This document shows positions 49,315 through 56,785 of a stretch of DNA of 64,000 nt, in pieces (within the stretch, counting starts at the first letter, position 1; every line of letters begins with the position of its first letter). Under the pieces are notes generated by a model. The model made no database searches. It saw nothing but the letters and a program-made list of their open reading frames with translations, and was not told where the DNA came from. The stretch lies in IMG/VR virus record IMGVR_UViG_3300025312_000002, positions 1 to 64,000 of that record; one strand, given 5' to 3'. A program made the position numbers and the translations under genes. Source of the stretch: a virus.

Positions 49315-50151
49315 TTAATGAACCATCTCAAACGCTCTTGCAATAGCAGGTTCCAATTCAGCTCTTCTTACTTCTGAAGTAACATTGTGGGTTACAAACT
49401 GTGTTAAAACAGAATTGAAATCCCACATTGTAGCTTCACCTTGAGAAATTGCATCAGGTAAAAGCAGATTTGAAGAAATCTCCGGCAATTTTTCGATTTT
49501 TTCCTTTTCTCCTCCAGAAAAGGGAAGAGCCTCCCACATAGCTTGATATGTATCAGCCGTCAATTTCTTTTCAGCCCACTGCTTCCACAATCCTACTTGA
49601 TCGGAATAGGATTGCATTCCGTCTTGTATGCTTTTTGTTAATTGTTCGGGATCAAGTGATAGGATGTGACGCTTGGCAAACTTGCTGAAAGTTTTACCTA
49701 CTGCCATCCCGTTTGAACACACAATCCTGAAAGCTCCAAACATCGAAATATATTTCCAACCTAAATCGTAGGATGTCCGGATTGTGATTTGGGGGTTAAC
49801 AAAATCATCTTTTTTAATCTCATACTTTGTATCACCCATTAAAGCTTTGATTGACATCTTGCCTCCATCAGCAATAATATTGGGTTCAACTGTGATTGTC
49901 CCAAATTCAGGAAGTTTAGCTACAGAATCTTCCACCATTTTGATAATATCTTCATAGTGGACAACTCTGTACTGATCAGAACAAATTCCAAACACAGTGT
50001 TTGTGTTCTGATCTACAATAGCTTTCTTTCCATCAATCCTGAATTCAGGACGCTTCCCAAACCAAACAGGCTCCAATACAGGATCAGGAAATTCTAGTGT
50101 TGCATACCTTGTTCTTACTTCCATTCTTTGTTCTTGTGTTAAACTTTCCAT
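49315..50151 (-). CDS. DUF932/DUF945-like phage early protein
   Basis: S..Y..V, SYD, FRIVCSNG, T.W...N..T motifs. Confidence 0.75.
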   Translation of the reverse strand: MESLTQEQRMEVRTRYATLEFPDPVLEPVWFGKRPEFRIDGKKAIVDQNTNTVFGICSDQYRVVHYEDIIKMVEDSVAKLPEFGTITVEPNIIADGGKMSIKALMGDTKYEIKKDDFVNPQITIRTSYDLGWKYISMFGAFRIVCSNGMAVGKTFSKFAKRHILSLDPEQLTKSIQDGMQSYSDQVGLWKQWAEKKLTADTYQAMWEALPFSGGEKEKIEKLPEISSNLLLPDAISQGEATMWDFNSVLTQFVTHNVTSEVRRAELEPAIARAFEMVH

Positions 50152-50246
50152 TTTTCTCTCCTTTTCTTTAAATTGTTTTTACACCTCCAGCAAGACTTTG
50201 GACTTGCTTGTGCATTAGCAGGAATTTTGCTATTCCTGCCCATCTG

Positions 50247-50969
50247 CTATTCAGTTACTGTGCTAAGTACATGAATTGTTCTTGCTCTCCATTTGTTGCC
50301 TGCTTTGTGAATATCAATTATTCTGGCTTTTACTTTAATAATTTCATCCCTATTCCAGTCAAAAGCAGCTTGATAAGAAGGCCAAAGGTACCAACCGGGA
50401 TGGCATTCTGTATCTGCTGTGGAAAATACTTCACATCCGTAGATTCGATCATTAACTAAAAATTTTCCTGCTATTGGAGAAGTTCTTAATCTATATCCAA
50501 ACACATAAGCATCATCCACTTCTTTGAAATCAGAAACATCAGCATTTGGAATATTATTCGGATCAAGGCAGGTTTTTTCTAAGTTTGCACCCCACAAGTC
50601 TGCATTCCGCAAGTTTGCACCCCACAAGTTTGCATTCTGCAAGTTTGCATTCTGCAAGTCCGCATTCCGCAAGTTTGCACCCCACAAGTCTGCATTCCGA
50701 AAGTTTGCATTCTGCAAGTCCGCATTCCGCAAGTTTGCACCCCACAAGTCTGCATTCTGCAAGTTTGCATTCTGCAAGTCTGCATTCTGCAAGTTTGCAT
50801 TCCGAAAGTCTGCACCCCACAAGTCTGCATTCTGCAAGTTTGCATTCTGCAAGTCTGCATTCTGCAAGTTTGCATTCCGAAAGTTTGCATTCTGCAAGTT
50901 TGCATTCCGCAAGTCTGCTTCCGGCACACTAAAAAGCACTGCTCCAGTATTTTTATGCTTGATTTCCAT
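50247..50969 (-). CDS. Pentapeptide-repeat protein with C-terminal C..G(W/I)Y domain
   Basis: 15-bp tandem repeats encoding A[DN]L[QRW][NG]; CHPGWY...KWRA tail. Confidence 0.9.
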   Translation of the reverse strand: MEIKHKNTGAVLFSVPEADLRNANLQNANFRNANLQNADLQNANLQNADLWGADFRNANLQNADLQNANLQNADLWGANLRNADLQNANFRNADLWGANLRNADLQNANLQNANLWGANLRNADLWGANLEKTCLDPNNIPNADVSDFKEVDDAYVFGYRLRTSPIAGKFLVNDRIYGCEVFSTADTECHPGWYLWPSYQAAFDWNRDEIIKVKARIIDIHKAGNKWRARTIHVLSTVTE

Positions 50970-51068
50970 TTTTCTCTCCTTTTCTTTAAATTGTTTTTAC
51001 ACCTCCAGCAAGACTTTGGACTTGCTTGTGCATTAACAGGCTGTTTCCACAGCCTGCCCATCTGCTAT

Positions 51069-51509
51069 TTATTTGTTGATTGGAAAATGTTTTTGCTTTT
51101 CCTTTACTGCTTGGATAAACAGTAAATACAAAGCAATACGTTCTTTTGGTGTGTTGTGGGGGGTGAGTATTTTCTCAATAGAGGAATCCCATTCCTCTAT
51201 TGAGTGTATTTCACACCCTATTTTCACAAACCCTTGGGAATATTCATTTGCTATGAATATTCCACTGCTCACTAATATGCTGTTGTTTTTTCTAACAACA
51301 ACATTATTGCCAAGCTCAACATTATTGCCAAGCTCAACATAATTGCCAAGCTTAACACCTTTGCCAAGCTTAACACCTTCGCCAAGCTCAACATAATTGC
51401 CAAGCTTAACACCTTTGCCAAGCTTAACACCTTTGCCAAGCTTAACACCTTCGCCAAGCTTAACATCTACTACATCTCCACCAGGATTCGTGTGCTTCTT
51501 GTTTTCCAT
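51069..51509 (-). CDS. Hexapeptide-repeat (left-handed beta-helix) protein
   Basis: 18-bp repeats encoding V[KE]LG[KEN][GYN]; IGC..H...W tail. Confidence 0.8.
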   Translation of the reverse strand: MENKKHTNPGGDVVDVKLGEGVKLGKGVKLGKGVKLGNYVELGEGVKLGKGVKLGNYVELGNNVELGNNVVVRKNNSILVSSGIFIANEYSQGFVKIGCEIHSIEEWDSSIEKILTPHNTPKERIALYLLFIQAVKEKQKHFPINK

Positions 51510-51583
51510 TTTTCTCTCCTTTTCTTTATGAAGCAGAATTGCTCCAGCAAATGCTCCTCCGAGAAGGAGCATTTAAGCAACAA

Positions 51584-52210
51584 TCATGCAACCGTTCCTT
51601 TGTAAATCCCATGTACATCCTTAACAATCGTAATTCCATGCAACTTTTTAAGATCATCAAAATGGCGCATAGTTCTCATCCAAAGGTCATAATCAGGTAA
51701 AGCATTCTTATTCAACCCAACATCATTGATGTGCTTTAGAATGTCCACTTTGGACATCCCTGCTTGTAAACAAACATCAATAGCAGCCGCTTGTGTTCCT
51801 TCAACATGACCAAATCCTACCTTAACACGCCCAGAAGGTCTTCCTGTTCCTGTTTTCGACGCTTTCGGAGCTGATTTTGCTGCTTTCGATTGTAAAGCAC
51901 ATTCCGAAGTTTTTGCTTTGCAGACAGCCGTCGTATCAGGAAAATCTTTTTCGCAGGCGGAACAGTACTTAGAATCAGGATTATAACACTTAACATCCTT
52001 ACCCCATTCATCCTGCAATTCTTGACAAGCATTACTTGGGCATTCCTGATTTGCAGAATTTTCCGAGGAAGTCTCGTCAACAACCTTTGGAGGCAGAGCA
52101 TTTTCAGCGGTTGTAACTGCAAGCTGAATCCGCTCAAGAGTCCAAAACTTACTGACTTTAATTCCAAGTTCATCTGCACGATCCATCAACTTCTTTTTCG
52201 CTTCATCCAT
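51584..52210 (-). CDS. Modular hypothetical protein (small helical domain, Cys4 domain, FGHV.GT domain)
   Basis: A.ELGI N-terminus; C...WG...C..C...C; C-terminus resembles 34811-35476. Confidence 0.65.
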   Translation of the reverse strand: MDEAKKKLMDRADELGIKVSKFWTLERIQLAVTTAENALPPKVVDETSSENSANQECPSNACQELQDEWGKDVKCYNPDSKYCSACEKDFPDTTAVCKAKTSECALQSKAAKSAPKASKTGTGRPSGRVKVGFGHVEGTQAAAIDVCLQAGMSKVDILKHINDVGLNKNALPDYDLWMRTMRHFDDLKKLHGITIVKDVHGIYKGTVA

Positions 52211-52292
52211 TTTCTCTCCTTTTCTTTAGTTTTGGAGTATAATTACTCCATCAATTCCTCTATCCCAAAGGATAAAGGAAAAGATGCAATCT

Positions 52293-53009
52293 TCATGCTC
52301 CGAGCTGTGCAGCAGACTTTGAATTTCCATTGCCTATTGGACGTGACAAATTAACTCTGTGTCCATCATCTCGACCTCTTGAATAAGCAGCCGAATCTTT
52401 CCCGATAGAGATACTTGTCATCTTGAGGTTTGGGTATTGCTCCTTCATAAATGAATCCAACTCCTTACCTTTGACAACCATCAACTCTTTACAATCACTC
52501 GGGATAAACTCTTCCCTACGCGCAAAGAGATCATCCAACCTATCCTTTAAAGTCATAGTCATCCCAAAAGCGTAAGTGTTAGCAGAATTTTTGTTGGAAT
52601 AATATTTGCTTTCACTCATTTTTCCAACAGTCCTTCTCAGGTATTGGAAAAAGAAGATTGCAACATCCAAATCACCTTTCGTTCCCAGAAAGGAGAAGCC
52701 CCAAATGTTTTTTACCCATTCAGTTCTTCCAACAATCTTACAATCAAAAACTTTTGCAATACATCCTGCAAGATTGAATTCCCAATTCACTCTGACACCC
52801 TCAGCTCCATCAACATCAATTTTGACAAAGTTCTCCGATTTGTTGATATTAGCTTTGAGATCAGCAAATTCCAGGGAATAATCAGCCATAAGCTTTGCTG
52901 CCATTCTTTTTGCGCTTTCAGCTTCATTGCTATTGGAATTCTTATCATCATTCCCAAGCTCCAACAACTTCAAAACCTTTTGGATCATTTCTTGCTTCTT
53001 GTTTTCCAT
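52293..53009 (-). CDS. DUF2786-like protein
   Basis: KV.KLL.L...EA..A...A.KLM..Y and AY.RG..DG motifs. Confidence 0.75.
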   Translation of the reverse strand: MENKKQEMIQKVLKLLELGNDDKNSNSNEAESAKRMAAKLMADYSLEFADLKANINKSENFVKIDVDGAEGVRVNWEFNLAGCIAKVFDCKIVGRTEWVKNIWGFSFLGTKGDLDVAIFFFQYLRRTVGKMSESKYYSNKNSANTYAFGMTMTLKDRLDDLFARREEFIPSDCKELMVVKGKELDSFMKEQYPNLKMTSISIGKDSAAYSRGRDDGHRVNLSRPIGNGNSKSAAQLGA

Positions 53010-53088
53010 CTTTTCTCTCCTTTTCTTTAGTGGAACATAATCGTTCCAGAATTGCTTCATACCTTAGCATGAAACAACTCCGCAATGA

Positions 53089-53205
53089 TTACTTTTGGAT
53101 GATTTTGTAAATGAAATATGCAAGTACATAGCTGATTCCAAACAGAACCAGAAAAGCAAGACTGTAGCCCATAATCACTTTACTGCAAAGCATTGTGTTT
53201 TCCAT
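53089..53205 (-). CDS. Small membrane peptide
   Basis: GGGAG RBS; hydrophobic helix. Confidence 0.45.
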   Translation of the reverse strand: MENTMLCSKVIMGYSLAFLVLFGISYVLAYFIYKIIQK

Positions 53206-53207
53206 TG

Positions 53208-53387
53208 CTATTCTCCCAGGGTCTGTGCAAGGCCATTTATTTTCCGACACTCTTCTTGAACAACAGGGTGCCAAACAGGATTGATTTCTGAGCCAACGAC
53301 ATATTCCTTGTGAGCCCACATTCTGAATTGTTTTTCCTCTTTGTTCGACAAACTACGAAACATTGGATTATTACTTTTGTATTCCAT
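53208..53387 (-). CDS. Conserved small phage protein (FR.L...E...FR.WA...WHPV...EC)
   Basis: First gene of the leftward arm; repeated RBS. Confidence 0.65.
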   Translation of the reverse strand: MEYKSNNPMFRSLSNKEEKQFRMWAHKEYVVGSEINPVWHPVVQEECRKINGLAQTLGE

Positions 53388-54039
53388 TTTTCTCTCCTTT
53401 TCTTTTTCATAAGTTTCCCAGGACAATTACTGTAATTGTCCTTTTGGGATTCAAGCACCTCAATAGACATCCGAAAAGATGTATATTCAAGAACTTGGGA
53501 TATGAACTCTATCTAAGCAGTTCATACCCTTCAGCCCCAAAGAAAAAAGAGAGAGAAAACCCTACCCATCATGTTGTTCCTTCCTTCCGGTTCGCTGCAA
53601 GCTCAAAAACTTTAAGAAAACCTTTGGAAATCCTGTCAATTCAGGCGCATTCTCGGGAAACTACCCTTCCCTGCTTTGGATCAATTTTGTTGTAGGACGG
53701 GACTCAGGCTCACTGGAGGCTACTGCCTGACGACATAAAAGGGAAACAATGTCATCATCCCCTTATGGGTGCAAGCTGTTTATTCAGGAAAAAATCCTTA
53801 TTGACAACTTACAGAATGAGAAAGACAATTGAAGTGGGCAGCACGATTATTACCTGTTTCACCCTTACTTACATGGGAAAGTGTTATCCTGTATCTCATG
53901 TTTTCATGAGCGCTGATAATAATCTAAAGAGCCTTGACTATGACACGGATAAAGTGTCATAGGAACGTGTCAATCGCACGTCCTATAATTGATAACCTCT
54001 TAAAATATTGACTATCAATTACCTATCTAATATACGCCC

Positions 54040-54075
54040 TATATATATATAGTCTATTTCGTTGTCAAGCGTTTT
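54040..54075 (-). promoter_or_regulatory. Leftward early sigma70-type promoter
   Basis: AAAACGC-TTGACA-N17-TATATA. Confidence 0.6.
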
Positions 54076-54247
54076 TTTTACTTTCCTTAGTATTTCTTTT
54101 GGAGCTCAATTATTTCCTATACATAGCAAGGTTTATGGGCTTCTAATATAACAAATTCCGAACTCGTAAAAACCCCAGCAAAATTACACAATTTACCCTT
54201 TGCTCCACTTCTCGGCCCTGAATTCCTGCTCCAAAACCTGAAAATGC

Positions 54248-54344
54248 AAGCTGCTAACTTATTGATTTTGCTAAGATATAAAATGCATAGCAAAATCAAT
54301 AAGTTAGCAGCTTATGAATAAAATCAATAAGTTAGCAGCTTATG
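54248..54344. repeat. 26-bp perfect inverted repeat plus 25-bp direct repeat, each copy containing an IHF-consensus site
   Basis: Arms 54248-54273 and 54288-54313; direct copies 54292-54316 and 54320-54344; AATCAATAAGTTA fits WATCAANNNNTTR. Confidence 0.8.
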
Positions 54345-54388
54345 TCCAGTATAGCCCCTAGCTATAAAAAATATATCAAAATGCAAAG

Positions 54389-54424
54389 AAAACGCTTGAC
54401 ATCCTATATAATAGCATGATAAAG
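54389..54424 (+). promoter_or_regulatory. Rightward sigma70-type promoter
   Basis: AAAACGC-TTGACA (same 13-mer as the leftward promoter); -10 element less clear. Confidence 0.45.
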
Positions 54425-54583
54425 GAAAAGCGTAAAAAATAATGATCTTTGACAATAAGCTTTTGATTGCAAGAAACTGCACTCAGAACGATATATTGAG
54501 AAAGGAAACAAGCAAGCTCTAAATGCTTGCAAAAGCCTTTTTACGATACTGTATAAACAAACTATGAGAAAAGGGGAAAAATC

Positions 54584-54925
54584 ATGACAAAAATCGTAAA
54601 AAGAGGCGAAAAAGGGAATTTGATTGTCGTATCAGGTGATGCTAGTGATAATGCGATTAGAGCGTTTTTTTCTAAAGCGTCTGTTACTAACTATAGACTC
54701 AAAGAAACCTCTAAAGTGAGCCAATGCAGTGTCATTAATAACATGATCAAGGCTGAGAAAAAAATTTCTGAGATTGCAACAAAATTGATCAGTATGAAGT
54801 TATTCCCTGCTAATCCTGAAAAGTACGAAGGGCAGGAAGAAACAAGGATTTTTAAAGCTTGCGTGCAAAGAGTCAACACGCACTTAGCAGCAAGCAGAGC
54901 AAGGGGAATTGATTTGAGAGCATAG
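54584..54925 (+). CDS. Isolated basic hypothetical protein
   Basis: AAGGGG RBS, upstream promoter, downstream terminator. Confidence 0.65.
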   Translation: MTKIVKRGEKGNLIVVSGDASDNAIRAFFSKASVTNYRLKETSKVSQCSVINNMIKAEKKISEIATKLISMKLFPANPEKYEGQEETRIFKACVQRVNTHLAASRARGIDLRA

Positions 54926-54933
54926 AGTAAACT

Positions 54934-54973
54934 AGGGTAATATCAAAGATAAATGATATTGCCCTTTTTCTTT
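54934..54973 (+). terminator. Rho-independent terminator
   Basis: AGGGTAATATCA / TGATATTGCCCT stem followed by T-tract. Confidence 0.8.
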
Positions 54974-55605
54974 GCCTAAAAAACAGGAAAAGAAGACCTC
55001 ATAAACACCTAAAATTAGCAATTCTTGACAACAAACCTAAGCATAAAACAGGGTAAACGATAGAAGACAAAGGTAAGAAAAAATAAAGCCTTTAAGGGGC
55101 ATTAGAATTGATTGCCCTCTGTATTGCAGTGATAGCAAGGATTGTAGAAGGTAAAAAACGAGGTAAATTTGAGTTATCAACAGCCTAAAACAGCCTAAAA
55201 CAGTAAACTACCCTCTTAAAGGCACTTTTAAGGCGCGGGATAGGCTAATATAGCTAATAGATAGCTGCAAAGAAAATAGAGAAAAGCTCAGGTCTAAAAG
55301 AAGGAAAAGAGTAAAAGGGGAAGCATAAGAGTAAAAGGGAATAGATACTGAGAAGAAAAGGAAAGATCGTAAAAGCTTTTGAAGAAGTGATGCTAAGAGA
55401 AATGTAAAAGAGAAAATATAAATGTAAAAGAGAAATGACTAAGCAAAATGCTTGAGAGTCTTTTTCCCCTTCTTTTATCCTGTTCTTCATTCCAGAATAG
55501 CATAATGATATATATTTGATAGTCAAGGCAGGGTAAAAAACAAAAAACCTAGTAATATCAATGAAGTTTACATAATGTATCTTATAGGACGCAACATCTA
55601 AGTCC

Positions 55606-55674
55606 CTGTTATCATTACCTTAGTGTTTAACTGTCTGTTATCATTCCCTTCGTATCTAACTATCTGTTATCATT
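55606..55674. repeat. Three CTGTTATCATT repeats at 29-bp period
   Basis: Copies at 55606, 55635, 55664. Confidence 0.75.
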
Positions 55675-56128
55675 AGCTTTCCACCCCCCTCGATCTATCT
55701 GGATATGGGGGCGGAAGTTTTTTCAGACAGGGACCACCCCACAATTTATTTCCCATTACTACTAGCCCTTCTTACCTATTCCGTTCTATTAAAAGGAGTA
55801 AAACCATACTCTACTATCTAGAGCAATACATCTATTCCCGACTCAATATAAGATTCCCAGAACAGAAAAGAAACAATTGCTTCTATCTCCTCTACTGCTC
55901 TGTTTGGAACAATGTATATTCCAATTGCATAGAACACTTAAAAATGAAACCCAAAGACAATAAAATAAAAGAGCTTAAAATACTCAACCTTCCCCTCTGT
56001 AGTTTGCAAAATTTTATTTCTTTAAATCAAGCACTTACAAACGGGTCATTTTTACCTGTTATCCTTTTTCACTATCGTTAATTTTAACGGAAATGCAGTT
56101 TTATGATATAATGCTTTTACAGGAAGAT

Positions 56129-56157
56129 TTGACATTAAGTGTCCGTTGTGTTATCTT
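56129..56157 (+). promoter_or_regulatory. Promoter for packaging genes
   Basis: TTGACA-N17-TATCTT. Confidence 0.6.
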
Positions 56158-56197
56158 GCTCGTGAATAAATTTTTTATTGGAAAAGGAATCTTGATT

Positions 56198-56785
56198 ATG
56201 GGAATGGACTTAACTAAAAACAGTTTTGATTTTAATAAAGGGGACATCCGAGAAGGGATGAAGTTGTTTGCCTGGGATGGGATACAAGATTGCTCTGCTG
56301 TCCTCTGCTGTGTTTTTGATAAGTGTTTGTTTCTGAAACGCGGGAAGTGTGCAGTGCATGTAAACTATATCCGTCAACTTACAGACACAATTGCTTGTTC
56401 TTATAAATACCTTGATGAGATGCAGTATTTTAAGATTGGGATGCAGATAGTTCCTTTGTATTCCCATTTGCTTAGATTGAAATTACTCGAAATGTCTTTA
56501 TCTCAAATCGTGTTTGAGAATAATAAAGGGATTAAGTTTATTCATCCTGTGTATAAAGAGATAAGGCAGACGTTAATCACAATTCATATGATGTGGAAAG
56601 ACTTGGAAATAACTCCACACATAGCAGACCCTTCATTAGTTCCTCTTTCTTCTAGCAAGATGGAATCCGATCATCTGAAAAGCGAAGAGGATATGATGTT
56701 GAATGGAGACGGGACACATTATGAGCGGATTTCTCAATTAAGTGAAACTAATCCCGACGGAACGCGGAAAAGGAAGATTCGATGA
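56198..56785 (+). CDS. Putative terminase small subunit
   Basis: Coupled (ATGA) upstream of TerL; HP..KE motif; Cys cluster; start trimmed to fit promoter/RBS. Confidence 0.6.
   Translation: MGMDLTKNSFDFNKGDIREGMKLFAWDGIQDCSAVLCCVFDKCLFLKRGKCAVHVNYIRQLTDTIACSYKYLDEMQYFKIGMQIVPLYSHLLRLKLLEMSLSQIVFENNKGIKFIHPVYKEIRQTLITIHMMWKDLEITPHIADPSLVPLSSSKMESDHLKSEEDMMLNGDGTHYERISQLSETNPDGTRKRKIR

Larger units (their letters stand above)
47858..53460 (-). repeat. Array of ~9 intergenic hairpin + AAAG(A)AAGGAGAGAAAAATG leader elements
   Basis: Units at ~47858-47940, 48445-48528, 49231-49314, 50149-50246, 50967-51068, 51507-51583, 52208-52292, 53007-53088, 53385-53460. Confidence 0.8.

Noticed and set aside
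50580-50920. 15-bp tandem repeats as a possible CRISPR array, and overlapping ORFs in other frames
   Set aside because: No unique spacers; fully explained by pentapeptide-repeat coding, and alternative frames are shadows
51295-51465. 18-bp tandem repeats
   Set aside because: They encode hexapeptide repeats of the 51069-51509 protein
47886-53047. GGAAC-N6-GTTCC as a LexA or repressor operator
   Set aside because: Equivalent positions in other units change sequence but keep pairing, favouring a structure over a protein-binding sequence; spacing differs from the GAAC-N4-GTTC SOS box
53460-56090. tRNA genes or a known riboswitch in the non-coding region
   Set aside because: No cloverleaf with T-loop/D-loop consensus or recognisable aptamer seen by eye; tRNAscan/Rfam were not run
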